The notes below the pieces were generated by a model. The model did not search any database and had not been told where the DNA came from. It worked only from the letters and a program-made list of their open reading frames with translations. DNA of 64,000 nucleotides from positions 1-64,000 of the forward strand of contig CAUYUJ010000227.1 of assembly GCA_963575745.1 (NCBI GenBank). The letters run 5' to 3'. The translations under genes and the position numbers were made by a program. The DNA comes from Prorocentrum cordatum (Eukaryota). This document shows positions 12,330 to 26,217 of this stretch, piece after piece; the stretch's first letter is position 1, and every line of letters begins with the position of its first letter.

Positions 12330-13920
12330 TCCTCGCGTCGTGAACAAAGTCTCGACAGCTGTTGTTTTACAATTTGTCGGCCTCTGAGGGCCCCATGGGC
12401 CGCCAGACAGCGACGTGGGATGAGAAGCCGTTCCTGAAAGCTGTCGAGACTCGAGACCTTTTGGGGGCCCACGTTGCGAACAAACTGTTGCGACAGCTGG
12501 CTCTTTGAAATGTTAGGCCCCCGGGGGGCCCATGGACCGCCAGACGACGACTTGGGATGAGAAGCCGGTCTCTGCGAAGGGGTCGAGACTCGAGACCTCT
12601 GGGGGGCGCACGTTGCGAACATATCGCTGCGACGGCTAGCTCTCTGCAAATTTAGGCCCCCAGGGGGCCCATGGACCGCCAGACAACGGTTTGGGATGAG
12701 AAGCTGCTCCTGGAAGGCGTCGAGACTCGAGACCTTTGGGGGCCCGCGTTGCGAACGAATCGCCACGACGGCTGGCCCCTTGCAATCTTAGGCCCCCCGG
12801 CGGCCCATGGGCCGCCAGACAACGACTCGGGCTGAGAAGGCGGTCCTAGAAGCCGTCGAGACTCGAGACCTTTGGGAGCGCGCGTTGCGAACGAATCGCC
12901 GCGACGGCCGGCTCTTTCAATTTCAGGCCCTCGAGAGGCCCATGGACCGCCAGACAGCGACTTGAGCTGAAAAGCTGGCCCTAGAAGGCCTCGAGACTCG
13001 AGACCTCTGGGGGCCCGCGTTGCGAACAAATCGTTGCGACGGTTGGCTCTTTGTAATTTCAGGCCCCCGTGAGGCCCACGGACCACCGGACAACGACCTG
13101 GGACGAGAAGTCGCTCCTGGAAGGCGTCGAGACACGAGACCTCTGGGGGCCCGCGTTGCGAACGGATCGTCGCGACCGCTGGCTCTTTGCAAGTTTAGGC
13201 CCCCAGGCGACCCCTGGGCCGCCAGACAACGACTTGGGCTGAGAAGATGGTCCTAGAAGGCGTCGGAACTCGAGACGTTCGAGGGCCCACGTCGCGAACA
13301 AATCGTCGCGACGGTTGGCCCCCTGCAATTTTAGGCCCTCGAGAGGCCTGTGGACCGCCAGACAACGACTTGGGCTGAGAAGCTGCTCGCGGAAGGCGTC
13401 GAGGCTCGAGACCTTTGGGGGCCCGCGTTGCGAACAGATCGCTGCGACGGCTGGTTCTTTGCAATTTTATGCCCCTGGGCGGCCCATGGACCGCCAGACA
13501 GTGACTTGGGCCGAGAGGCCAGTCTCTGCGACGGGGTCGAGACTCGAGGCGTTTGGGGGGCCCGCGTTGCGAACCAGTCGCTGCGACGGCTGGCTTTTTT
13601 GGCCATTTGGTCCCTGGGGGCCCCATGGGCCGCCAGATGCCGACTCGGTAAGAGAGGCTGGTCCCTGCGAAGGGGTCGAGACTCGAGCTGGAAAAGACGA
13701 GGGCCAATGCAGGCGGGGTTTAGCCAGAGCGCCGGATCCTGCAGGATCCTGCAGAGCCAGGGTTGCATTGAGCCGGGGGCTGGCGCGCAGGATCCTGCAG
13801 GATCTTGCAGGATCTTGCAAAGCCTCACTGGCTCGGGTTGGCGTTGACCCGGGTCAGTAGAAGCCCGAGGGACTCGAGACCTCTAGCTCTGGGGGCCGAC
13901 GTTGCGAACAAATCGATGCG
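12330..13920 (+). repeat. ~136-bp tandem satellite, ~10-11 diverged copies
   Basis: TCGAGACTCGAGACC...GGGGCCCGCGTTGCGAAC recurs about every 136 bp; interrupted at ~13690-13860. Confidence 0.9.
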
Positions 13921-14159
13921 TCAGAGGTCGGGGGAGGATAGGGCTAGGAAGGAGGAGGAGGAGGAGAAGAAAAAGGGCGCACCTACCTCCCACCCACAAC
14001 ACCTCCTTCCAGACCACTCCGTTCCCTCGGCTCCGGCTCCTACCCCTCCTGCCTTTTTTCGCGCTCTCGTTCTTCTACTCCAGCATCGACCAGTCCAAGC
14101 CTCCCATTAGCGCTACGAATGTGGGTTTTGAGGTTTTTGTTCTTATCATGATCTCTATG

Positions 14160-14195
<36 letters not shown>

Positions 14196-14524
14196 GGTTT
14201 TTCGTTATCGTTCCCCCCCTCCCGCCACGAGCTGCATACGAGCCATGAGTACACATGCAAGCGCATGCGTGTACACGCGCACGTCTCTCCCTCTCTCTTT
14301 CCCTCTCTCTCTCTCTTTCTCTTTCATTCGCACTGTCTGCCCTACGGTCCCCCTGATCAACCTCCTCATCACCCCCGCCACCGACCTCCTCCAGCGTAAC
14401 CGAAGGAAGCTGTGTCAAGGACTCCCCCCCCCTTTCGACAAAAGAATACCACTTCCCGCACCTTGGAGACGTTACCTTGGCACCCTGGAGGAAAGGAGGG
14501 GAATTATTATTATCATTTGTTCAT

Positions 14525-14852
<328 letters not shown>

Positions 14853-14952
14853 NNNNNNNNNNNNNNNNNNNNNNNNNNNNNNNNNNNNNNNNNNNNNNNN
14901 NNNNNNNNNNNNNNNNNNNNNNNNNNNNNNNNNNNNNNNNNNNNNNNNNNNN
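14853..14952. other. Assembly gap (100 N)
   Basis: Run of N. Confidence 1.
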
Positions 14953-15794
14953 TGTGGCGGGATCGGCCGTTTCGAGTCATCTTGATATGCGCTGACGGTT
15001 TTCTGAACATAAATCGAGCTCTAGGGCAGCTACAGAGCTGGTAAGCACAGCTAACGCATGCAGAATGATCAGGCGCGTTCGCCTGTTCAATCCAGAGGTC
15101 TGAACTCGGTCTGTCAGCCGAGCTAGGTCTGCAAACCTGTTTGTATTATTCGAGTTAACTTGATACGCGTTATCGGTATTTTCTACTTAACTCGAGCTGT
15201 AGGACAGCTACAGTGCTGGTAAGCACTCCTACTGCACTCAGAATGATCAGACGCGTTCGCCTGTTGAATCCATAGGTCTAAACTCGGTCTGCTAGCCGAG
15301 CTAGGTCCGCAAACCTATTCGTATTATTTGAGTGAACTTGATACGCGTTGTCGGCATTTTCTGCTTAACTCGGGCTGTGGGGCAGCTACAGTGCTGGTAA
15401 GCACACCTACCGCACTCAGAATCATCAGGCGCGTTCGCCTGTTGAATCGAGAGCTCTGAACTCGGTCTGTTGCGCGATCCAGAATCACGAAACTGTTCGT
15501 ATTCTCCCAGTCATCTTGAGAGCTACTCTTGGCGTTCTGCACTTAATTCGGGCTGTAGGGAGGCTGCAGGGCGGGTAATCACAGAAATCGATTCGGAGAC
15601 ATCAGACGCGTCCGTCTGTCGCATTCAGAGGTCTCAACTCGGTCTGATACTCGAGTTTGGCTGAAAAACTATTCGTTCTCTGCATTTTTTTCCGACAGTA
15701 TATGTTGTCAGGAAGCTTTACGAGTCCCCCGGCGGTAACAAAGGTTGACGGTTTACCGCCGGCGCCCAGTAATTCTGGCGCGCCGGAGAGCTAG

Positions 15795-16891
15795 TAACTC
15801 GTAGAGCTTCCCTTAGCTAGTTATAGCTGGAAGCTAAGAGTAATTCCGGCGCGCTGGAGAGCTAGTTGGCAAGAAAAATCTCGACGGACCTTTTGGTGAC
15901 TTTTGGTCGGTTGAAAATTTTGTTCTCGAAATTTGACCATTCGTTAGAGCTCTAGTATTTTTTCCCATGATATTCGATCTTATTCCCGCTCGCCATCTTG
16001 ATCTCAGCTCGATCGGGTAACTTTGAAGGCCAAAAAGCAGGCAGGCGGGAACGGCCGTTTCGAGTCATCTTGATAGGCGCTGTCGGTTTTCTCAAGATAA
16101 CTCGAGCTTCAGGACACCTAGAGAGCTGGTCAGCACAGCTAATGCATTCAGAATGATCAGGCGCGTTCGCCTGTTAAATCCAGAGGTCTGAACTCGGTCT
16201 GCTAGCCGAGCTAGGGTCGTAAACCTATTCGTTTTATTCGAGTCATTGTAGCAGACGCTCTCGGTTTTTCGTACTTAACTCGATCTATAGGGCAGCCACA
16301 GAGCTCATACTAACAGAAATCGATTGAGCATTATCAGGCGCGTTCGTCTGTTGCATCAAAGCTCTGAAATCGGCCTTCTCCCCGAGCAAGGTTCGCGAAC
16401 CCATTCGTATTGTTCGAGTCATCTTGAAAAGTGCTCTTCGTTTTCTGTACACAAATCGTGCTGGGGGAGGGCTATAGCTCTGCTGGTCACAGGAATCGAT
16501 TTCGAGACATCAGGCGCGTCCGTTCGTCGAACCGATCGCTCGAAACTCGGTCTGCTGCTCGAACGAAATCTGCGAAACTGTTGTATTATTCGAGTCATCC
16601 TGAGAGGTACTCTCGGTTTTCTGCACTTAACTCATACTGTATGGGCTGCAGAGCTGGTAATCACAGAAATCGATCCGCAGACATGAGACACGTCCGCCTG
16701 TCGACTCGAGCTCGATTGGAAAACTGTTTGTTTGTTTTGTTAGAGTCATCTTTGGAGGTTCATAATCGCTTGGGCTGAAAAACTGAAAAACTGGTCGTTC
16801 TCTGAAATTCGTTTCCACATTATATATTGTCAGGAAGCTCTACGAGTCCCCCGGCGGTAAGAAAGGTTGACGGTTTACCGCCGGCGCCCAG
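15795..16891 (+). mobile_element. Family A element, complete
   Basis: Both termini present; removal restores host gagctag^ttgg. Confidence 0.85.
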
Positions 16892-16954
16892 TTGGAACAA
16901 AATCTCGACGGACCTTTTGATGACTTTTGGTCGGTTGAAAATTTTGTTTCGAAA

Positions 16955-18074
16955 TAACTCGTAGAGCTTCCCTTAGCAAGTTATTGCTGGAAGCTTAAGA
17001 GTAATTCCGGGGAGCTGGAGAGCTAGTTGGCAAGAAAAATCTCGACGGACCTTTTGGTGACTTTTGGTCGGTTGAAAATTTTGTTCTCAAAATTTGACCA
17101 TTCGTTAGAGCTCTAGTATTTTTTCCCATGATATTCGATCTTATTCCCGCTCGCCATCTTGATCTCAGCTCGATCGGGTAACTTTGAAGGCCAAAAAGCA
17201 GGGGGGCGGGAACGGCCGTTTCGAGTCATCTTGATACGCGCTGTCGGTTTTCTCAAGATAACCCGAGCTTCAGGACAACTACAGAGCTGGTCAGCACAGC
17301 TAATGCATTCAGAATGATCAGGCGCGTTCGCCTGTTGAATCCAGAGGTCTGAACTCGGTCTGCTAGCCGAGCTAGGGTCGCAAACCTATTCGTATTATTC
17401 GAGTCATTGTAGCAGACGCTCTCGGTTTTTCGTACTTAACTCGATCTGTAGGGCAGCCACAGAGCTGATAATCACAGAAATCGATTGAGAATTATCAGGC
17501 GCGTTCGTCTGTTGAATCAAGAGCTCTGAACTCGGCCTGCTCCCCGAGCTAGGTTCGCGAACCTATTGGTATTGTTCGAGTCATCTTGAGAAGTGCTCTC
17601 GGTTTTCTGTACTTGAATCGTTCTGGGGGAGGGCTACAGTGCTGCTGGTCACAGGAATCGATTTCGAGACACCAGGCGCGTCCGTTCGTCGAACCGAGAG
17701 CTCGGAACTCGGTCTGCTGCTCGAACGAGATCCGCGAAACTGTTGTATTATTCGAGTCATCCTAAAAGCTACTCTCGGTTTTCTGCACTTAACTCTGGCT
17801 GTATGGGGGGCTGCAGAGCTGGTAATCACAGGAATCGATCCGCAGACATCAGACGCGTCCGCCTGTCGCATTCAGAGGTCTGAACTCGGTTTCATACTCG
17901 AGCTCGATTGGAAAACTGTTCGTTTGTTTTGTTAGAGTCATCTTGAGAGGTCTATAATCGCTTGGGCTGAAAACTAGTCGTTCTCTGAAATTCTTTTCCA
18001 CATTATATATTGTCAGGAAGCTCTACGAGTCCCCCGGCGGTAAGAAAGGTTGACGGTTTACCGCCGGCGCCCAG
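16955..18074 (+). mobile_element. Family A element, complete
   Basis: Removal restores host cgaaa^tttgac exactly (A^T, no TSD). Confidence 0.85.
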
Positions 18075-19557
18075 TTTGACAATTCGTTAGAGCTGTAGTA
18101 TTTTTTCTCATGATATTCGATCTTATTCCCGCTCGCCATCTTGATCTCAGTTCGATCGGGTAACTTTGAAGGCCAAAAAGCAGGCAGGCGGGAACGGCCG
18201 TTTCGAGTCATCTTGATACGCGTTGTCGGTACTTTCTACTTAACTCGAGCTGTAGGGCAGCTACAGTGCTGGTGAGCACGCCTATCGCACTCAGAATCAT
18301 CAGGCGCGTTCGCCTGTTAAATCCATAGGTCTGAACTCGGTCTGCTAGCCGAGCTAGGCCCGCAAACCTATTCGTATTATTCGAGTCAACTTGATACGTC
18401 TCGTCGGTATTCTCTACTTAACTCGAGCTGTAGGGCAGCTACGGTGCTGGTAAGCACATCTAACGCTCTCAGAATCATCAGGCGCGTTCGCCTGTCGAAT
18501 CCATAGGTCTGAACTCAGTCTGTTAGCCGAGCTAGGTCCGGAAACTTATTCGTATTATCCGAATGAACTTGATACGCGTCGTCAGTATTCTCTACTGAAC
18601 TCGAGCTGTAGGGCAGCTACAGTGCTGGTAAGTACACCTATCTCACTCAGAATTATCACGCGCGTTCGCCTGTTGAATCCAGAGGTCTGAATTCGGCCTG
18701 CTAGCCGAGTTAGGTCCGCAAACCTATTCGTATTATTCGAGTCGTCTTGACAGACGCTCTCGGTTTTCTGTACTTAACTCGAGCTGCAGGACAGCTACAG
18801 GGCTCATTATCACAGAGGTCGATGGGGAATCATCAGTCGCGTTCGTCTACTGAAGCGAGAGCTCTAACGCCCGAGCTAGGTTCGCGAAACTATTCGTATT
18901 GTCCGGATGATCTTGAGAAGTGCTCTCTGTCTTCTGCACTGAACTCGTGTTTGGGGCCGGCTACAGTGCTGCGGGTCACATATATCGATTCGCACACATC
19001 AGGCGCGTTTGGCGGTCGATTCCAGAGCTCGGAACTCAGTCTGCTGCTCGAACTAGGTCCGCAAAACTTTTCTATTATTCGAGTCGATACTGTCGGTTTT
19101 CTGCACTTAACTCGGGCTGTAGGGGGGGCTGCAGGGCTGGGAATCACATGAGTGGATTCGGAGACGTCAGACGCGGCGGCCTGTCGCATTCAGAGGTCTG
19201 AAATCGGTTTGATACTCGAACTGGGTTGCGAAACTGTTTGTTTTTTGTTTGCGTTATCGAGAGGTCTGAAATCGTTTGGGCTGAAAAACTAGTCGTTCTT
19301 GGAGTTTTTTCTCACACTTTACATTTTCAGGAAGCTCTACGAGTCCCCCGGCGGTAAGAAAGGTTGACGGTTTACCGCCGGCGCCCAGTTTCCGAATACG
19401 CGTGGCTCCAGGGTGCGCGAAGCGCTGCGGCAGAGCTTCAGAAGAGCTTCGGCAGTTCTTCCAGGCTCCTAGGCAGATCTTCCTTGCGCGCTTTGCAGGG
19501 CCCCACGCATCGGAAACTGCGCCCCTGCAAGCGTCTCCTGCGAGGTTCCAGCGTTTC

Positions 19558-22218
19558 TACCTCGTAGAGCTCGTCGGCATCGATGAGCTAGAGGAATTCG
19601 GGCGCGGGGTGGAGCTAGTTGGCCCACCCGGCTGGGGCGGACAATGTGACAACTTTTGGGTGGTTTTGCTAATACCTCGTAGAGCTCTTCGGCATCGATG
19701 AGCTAGAGGAATTCCGGCGCGGGGTGGAGCTAGTTGGTCGACCCCACCAGAACGGACAATGTGGCAACTTTTCGGTGGTTTTGCGAATATTTGAAAGATA
19801 TTTGACCATTTATTTTGAGAAAGCAGATTTTTCGCATCTGTAGTGGGTTATGGCGCGTCCGCCAGTAAAATTTTCAGGTCCATAGATGCAGTATTACTAT
19901 CAAAACACTTGGCGGAACCGAGGTTGTATAAAAACAGAAAAACACGATTTTTCGATTTTTTCGTTTCTCGCCTCAGAAGCTTTCTCTATGTGTTCCGACG
20001 ATCGCTGTGCAAGAAAAGAGCTCTACGAGGTTCCCGGCGGTGACCAGGTTGACGGTTTACCGCCGGTTCCAGTATACCTCGTAGAGCTCTTCGGCAGCGA
20101 TGAGCTAGAGGAATTCCGACGCGGAGTAACTCGTAGAGCTTCCCTTAGCTAGTACCTCGTAGAGCTCTTCGCCGTCGATAAGCTAGAGGAATTCCGGCGC
20201 GGGGTGGAGCTAGTTGGCCGACCCGGCCTTAAGAGACAAAGTGATGATTTCGGGTCGGTTTTGCTAAGATTTGAAAGATATTTGACAATTCATTTTGAGA
20301 AACCATATTTTTCTCACGTATAGTGGATTATGACGCGGCTGCCAGTTAAATTATCAAGTCCGTGGCTGCAGTATTACTATCGAAAGACTTGCAGGAACCG
20401 ATTTTTGGGGAAACCGAGAATAACGTGATTTTTCGATTTTTCGGCTCTTGCTTCAGGAGCTATCTTGATGTCTTTCGAGGATCGATGTGCAAGAAAAGAG
20501 CTCTACGAGGTGCCCGGCGGTAACCTGGTTGACGGTTTACCGCCGGTTCCCAGTTATAGCTGGAAGCTAAGAGTAATTCCGGCGCGCTGGAGAGCTAGTT
20601 GGCAAGAAAAATCTCGACGGAACTTTTGATGACTTTTGGTCGGTTGAAAATTTGGTTCTCGAAATTTGACAATTCGTTAGAGCTCTAGTATTTTTTCCCG
20701 TGATATTCGATCTTATTCCCGCTCGCCATCTTGATCTCAGCTCGATCGGGTAACTTTGAAGGCCAAAAAGCACTCTGGCGGGATCGGCCGTTTCCAGTCA
20801 TCTTGATACGCGTTGTCGGTATTTTGTACTTAACTCGATCTGTAGGACAGCTACAGAGCTTGTAAGCACAGCTATCGTACTCAGAATCATCAGGCGCGTT
20901 TGCCTGTTCAATCCATAGGTCTGAACTCGGTCTGCTAGCCGAGCTAGGTCTGCAAACCTATTCGTATTATTCGAGTCAACCTGATACGCGTTGTCGGTAT
21001 GTTCTACTTAACTCGAGCTGTAGGGCAGCTACAGTGCTGGTAAGCACACCTATCGCACACAGAATCATCATGCGCGCTCGCCTGTTGAATCCATAGGTCT
21101 GAACTCGGTCTGCTAGCCGCGCTAGGTTCGCAAACCTATTCGTATTATTCGAGTCAACTTGATATGCGTTGTCGGTATTCTCTACTTATCTCGAGCTGTA
21201 GGCCAGCTACAGTGCTGGTAAGCACACCTATCACACTCAGAATGATCAGGTGCGTTCGCCTGTTGAATCCAGAGCTCTGAACTCGGTCTGCTGCGCGATC
21301 CAGAATCAAACTGTTCGTATTCTTCCAGTCATCTTGAGCTACTGTCGGCGTTCTGCACTCAACTCGGGCTGTAGGGGGGCTGCAGGGCGGTTAATTAATC
21401 ACAGGAATCGATTCGGAGACATCAGACGCGTCCGTCTGTCGCAGTCAGAGGTCCGAACTCTGTCTGATACTCGATGGGCTGAAAAACTATTCGTTCTCTG
21501 CATTTTTTGTCGACATTATATGTTGTCAGGAAGCTCTACGAGTCCCCCGGCGGTAACAAAGGTTGACGGTTTACCGCCGGCGCCCAGTGGAGCTAGTTGG
21601 CCGACCTGGCCTTAAGAGACAAAGTGGTGACTTTGGGTCGGTTTGCTAAGATTTGAAAGATATTCAACAATTCATTTTGAGAAACTAGATTTTTATCACG
21701 TGTAGTGGGTTATGACGCGTCTGCGAGTAAAATTTTCAGGTCCGTAGCTGCAATATTACTATCGAAACACTTGCAGGAACCGAATTGAGATGAAAACTGA
21801 AAAATCGTGATTTTTCGGATTTTTCGGCTCTCTCTTGAGAAGCTTCCTTGACGTGTTTCGAGAAGCGCTGGAACGAAAGAGCTCTACGAGGTGCCCGGCG
21901 GTAATCTGGTTGACGGTTTACCGCCGATTCCCAGTTTCAAAGATATTTGACAATTCATTTTGAGAAAGCAGATTTTTCGCACCTGTAGTGGGTTAAGACG
22001 CGTCTGCCAGTAAAATTTTTGAGGTCCGTAGGTGCAGTATTACAATCAAAACATTTGGGGGAACCGAAGTTGGAAAAAACAGAAAAACGTGATTTTTCGA
22101 TTTTTTCGTTTCTCACTCAAGAAGCTTACTCCCTGTGTTCTGAGAAGTGCGGTGTGAGAAAAGAGCTCTACGAGGATCCCTGCGGTAACCTGGTTGACGG
22201 TTCACCGCCGGTTGCCAG
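19558..22218 (+). mobile_element. Family B element hosting B 19673-20072 and B 20075-21934; the latter hosts A 20127-21587, which hosts B 20153-20553
   Basis: Each removal restores the consensus of the host copy. Confidence 0.8.
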
Positions 22219-22477
22219 TTTCAGGCGGCCTGGCAGAGGTCTCCGTGCGATGTTCTGCGCTTGGCTTCGCTATCCGGGTTTTGGACGCTTACAAGTTCCC
22301 GGATAGATCCTTGAGAGCAGAGGTTTCAGATAAGAAGCCGGCGGTGGGTGGTGAGGAGGACACGCCCACGCTCGCCGGTCCACGATCTCTGCAGCGACTC
22401 GCCGGGGCTTGCAGCGTGTTCGGGAGCGTTTCAGGCACGCGTGCAAGTACGCGTGGCTCGAGGGTGCGCGAAGCGCT

Positions 22478-24085
22478 TAACTCGTAGAGCTTCCCTTAGC
22501 TAGTTATTGCTGGAAACTAAGAATAATTCCGGCGCGCTGGAGAGCTAGTTGGCTCGAAAAAAAAACTGAAGTTTTCACAACTTTTGGTCGGTTGAAAATT
22601 TTGTTCTCGAAAATCAACAATTCGTTTGGGCTCTAGTATTTTTTCCCGTGATATTCGATCTTATTCCTGCTCGCCATCTTGATCTCAGCTCGATCGGGTA
22701 ACTTTGAAGGCCAAAAAGCACACTGGCGGGATCGACCGTTTCGAATCATCTTGATACGCGTTGTCGGTATTTTGTACTTAACTCGAGCTGTAGGGCAGCT
22801 ACAGAGCTGGTAAGCACAGCTATCGCACTCAGAATAATCAGGCGTCTTCGCTTGTCGAATCCATAGGTCTGAACTCGGTCTGCTAGCCGAGCTAGGTCCG
22901 CAAACCTATTCGTATTATTCGAGTCATCTTGATACGCGTTGTCGGACTTTCTTTTCGAGTACGGCAGCTACAGTGCTGGTAAGCACAGCTATCGCACTCA
23001 GAATCTTCAGGCGCGTTCGTCTGTTGACTCCATAGGTCTGAACTCGGTCTGCTAGTCGAGCTAGGTCCGCAAAACTATTCGTATTATTCGAGTCAACTTG
23101 ATACGCGTTGTCGGTATTTTGTAATTAATTCGAGCTGTAGGGCAGCTACAGTGCTGGTAAGCACACCTATCGCACTCAGAATTATCAGGCGCGTTCGCCT
23201 GTTGAATCCATAGATCTTAACTCGGTCTGCTAGCCGAGCTAGGTCCGCAAACCTATTCGTATTTTCCGAGTCAACTCGATACGCGTTGTCCGTATTTTGT
23301 ACTTAATTCGAGCTGCAGGGCAGCTACAGCGCTGATAAGCACGCCTATCGCACTCAGAATCATCAGGCGCGTTCGCCTGTCGAATCCATAGTCTGAACTC
23401 GGTCTGCTAGTCGAGCTAGGTCCGCAAACCTATTCGTATTATTGGAGTCATCTTGAGAAACACTCTCGGTATTGTACTTAACTCGAGCTGTAGGCAGCTA
23501 CAGAGCCTACAGTCACAGAAATCGATTGAAAATTATCGGGCGCGTTAGTCTGTTGTATCGAGAGCTCTGAACTCGGCCTGCTGCCCAAGCTAGGTTCGGG
23601 AAACTATTCGTATTGTCCGAATCATCGTGAAAAGTGCTCTCAATTTTCTGCACCTAACTCGTGCCGGGGGAGAGCTACAGAGCGGGTCATAGAAATCGAT
23701 TTGCACACATTGGGTGCGTTCGTTGGTCGATTCGAGAGCTCAGAACTTGGTGTGCTGCTCGAAACAGGTCTGTGAAACTATTATATTATTCGAGTCACTC
23801 TGAGAGATGCTGTCGGTTTTCTGCACTTAACTCGGGCTGTAGGGGGGCTGTAGGGCTGGTAATCACATGGGTCGATTCGCAGACATCAGACGCGTCCGCC
23901 TGTCGCATTGAGAGGTCTGAACTCGGTCTGATCAGACGCGTCCGCTTGTCGCATTCAGAGGTAAAAAAATATTCACTATGAGTCAGAACGTTGGTAGGTG
24001 TTCTCGGTTTTCTCAACGTCGAGCTTGGAAGCTCTACGAGTTCCCCGGGGGTAACCAAGGTTGACGGTTTACCGCCGGCGCCCAG
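22478..24085 (+). mobile_element. Family A element with expanded ~170-180-bp internal repeats
   Basis: Both termini present; host aagcgct^tcggcag. Confidence 0.8.
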
Positions 24086-24365
24086 TCGGCAGAGCTTCGG
24101 AAGAGCTTCGGCAGTTCTTCCAGGCTCCCAGGCAGATCTTCCTTGCGCGCTTTGCAGGGCCCCACGCATCGTAAACGGCGCCCTTGCAAGTGTCTCCTGC
24201 GAGGTTTCCAGCGTCCCGCGCATCGTTTCAGGCGGCCTGGCAGAGGTCCCCGTGCGGCATTCCGCGCTTGGCTTCGCTATCCGGGTTTTGGACGCTTACA
24301 AGTGGACGCTTAGAAGTGGACGCTACCAATGCGTCCAGCCCGCCGAGGCGGACAATGTGACAACT

Positions 24366-25397
24366 TGACTCGTAGAGCTTCCCTAAGCTAGTTGCTGGAA
24401 GCTTAAGAGTATTCCGGCGCGCTGGAGAGCTAGTTGGCACGAAAAATCTCGACGGGGTCGGTTGAAAATTTTGTTCTCGAAATTTGACCATTCGTTAGAG
24501 CTCTAGTATTTTTTTCCCATGATATGCGATCTTATTCCTGCTCGCCATCTTGATCTCAGCTCGATCGGGTAACTTTGCAGGCCAAAAAGCAGGCAGGCGG
24601 GAACGGCCGTTTCGAGTCATTTTGATACGCGCTGTCGGTATTTTGTACTTAACTCGAGCTGTAGGGCAGCTATAGAGCTGGTAAGCACAGCTATCGCACT
24701 CAGAATTATCACGCGCGTTCGCCTGTTGAACCCAGAGGTCTGAACTCGGCATGTGAGCCGAGCTAGGTCCGTAAACCTGTTCGTATTATTCGAGTCATCT
24801 TGACAGAAACTCGCGTTTTTCGGTATTCAACTCGAGCTGTAAGACCGCTACAGAGCTTATATTTACAGAAACTGATGCAGAATCGTCAGTTGCGTTTGTC
24901 TGTCGAATCTAGAGCTCTAAACTCGGTCTTCTGCTCGATCTAGAATCAAGACATTATTTGTATTGGTCGAGTCATCTTGAGAAGTGCTCTCGGTTTTCTT
25001 CATTCAACTTGCGCTGAGAGGGGGCTACAGTGCTGGTTGTCATACGAATCGATTTAAAGAGATCATGCGCGTCCGCCTGTCGAATGCAGAGCTCGGAACT
25101 CGGTCTGCTGCCCGAACTAGGTTCGCGAAACTATTCTATGTTTCGAGTCATCCTGAGAGATGCTGTCGGTTTTCTAGACTGACCTCGTACTGTAGGGGGG
25201 CTGCTGGGCTGGTAATGACAGCAGTCGATTCGCAGACATCAGACGCGTCCGCTTTTCGCATTCAGAGATCAAACACATATTCACTATGAGTCAGAATGTT
25301 GGTAGGTGCTGTCGGTTTTCTTAACTTTAGTCGAGCTTGGAAGCTCTACGAGTTCCCCTGCGGTAACCAAGGTTGACGGTTTACCTCCGGCGCCCAG
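24366..25397 (+). mobile_element. Family A element
   Basis: Both termini present; inserted in a family B sequence at gacaact^ttgggg. Confidence 0.75.
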
Positions 25398-26217
25398 TTG
25401 GGGTGGTTTTGCAAATATTTCAAAAAATATTTGACAATTGATTTTGAGAAAGCAGTTTTTTTGCATCTGTAAACGACTATGAGAGCCTCTGCTTAATATG
25501 AGCTCTCTAAGCGCACATTGATCGAAACACTTAGAGAAGCCAACTTCATCTCGACATGACAAACATACTGTTGAATTTCACGAGAAATGCCTTCAGAAGC
25601 TCTCTTTTTCGACTCTGAGCACTCTCACGCGTGGAAGGAGCTCTACGAGGTTCGCGATGGTGATCATGTTGACGGTTCATCGGCGGTACAAGTTGGACGC
25701 TACAAAAATTTCGCTCCTCTAAACGACTATGAGGGTCTTGCGTCAAAATACCTCGTAGAGCTCTGCGGCATCGATAAGCTAGAGGCATTCGGGCGCGGTG
25801 TGGAGCTAGTTCGCCGATCCGGCCCCGACGGAGAATGTGCGAACTTTGTGTCGCTTGGACGATCTTTCTAAGAGATTTGAACATTCGTTTTGAGAACCGG
25901 TATTTTCCGCACCCGTAGTGGGTTTTTGTCGCGTCCGCCGAGGTGCGTAGGCGTTGTATTACTATCTAACAACTTGGCGGAAGCGTCTTTGGATAGAAAT
26001 ATGAAAACGTGTTTTTTTCGAGTTTTTTGAGTCTCGCTGCAGACTCTTCCTAGATGTGCACTGGGAAGCGCCGTGCGATGAACGCGCTCTACGAGTGGCC
26101 CGGCGGTAACAATGATCAAAGGCAGTCCCGTTTTCGGCCAAGTGTAGGAGTTATATCACTCGGGTTCAGAGCATTCTCATTTATGGAAGTCAAGGTATTA
26201 GTTGGGACAGGGACTCC

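Noticed and set aside
13735..13820. GGATCCTGCAGGATCC cluster as vector polylinker contamination
   Set aside because: It is a degenerate 10-bp tandem palindromic repeat with no other vector sequence.
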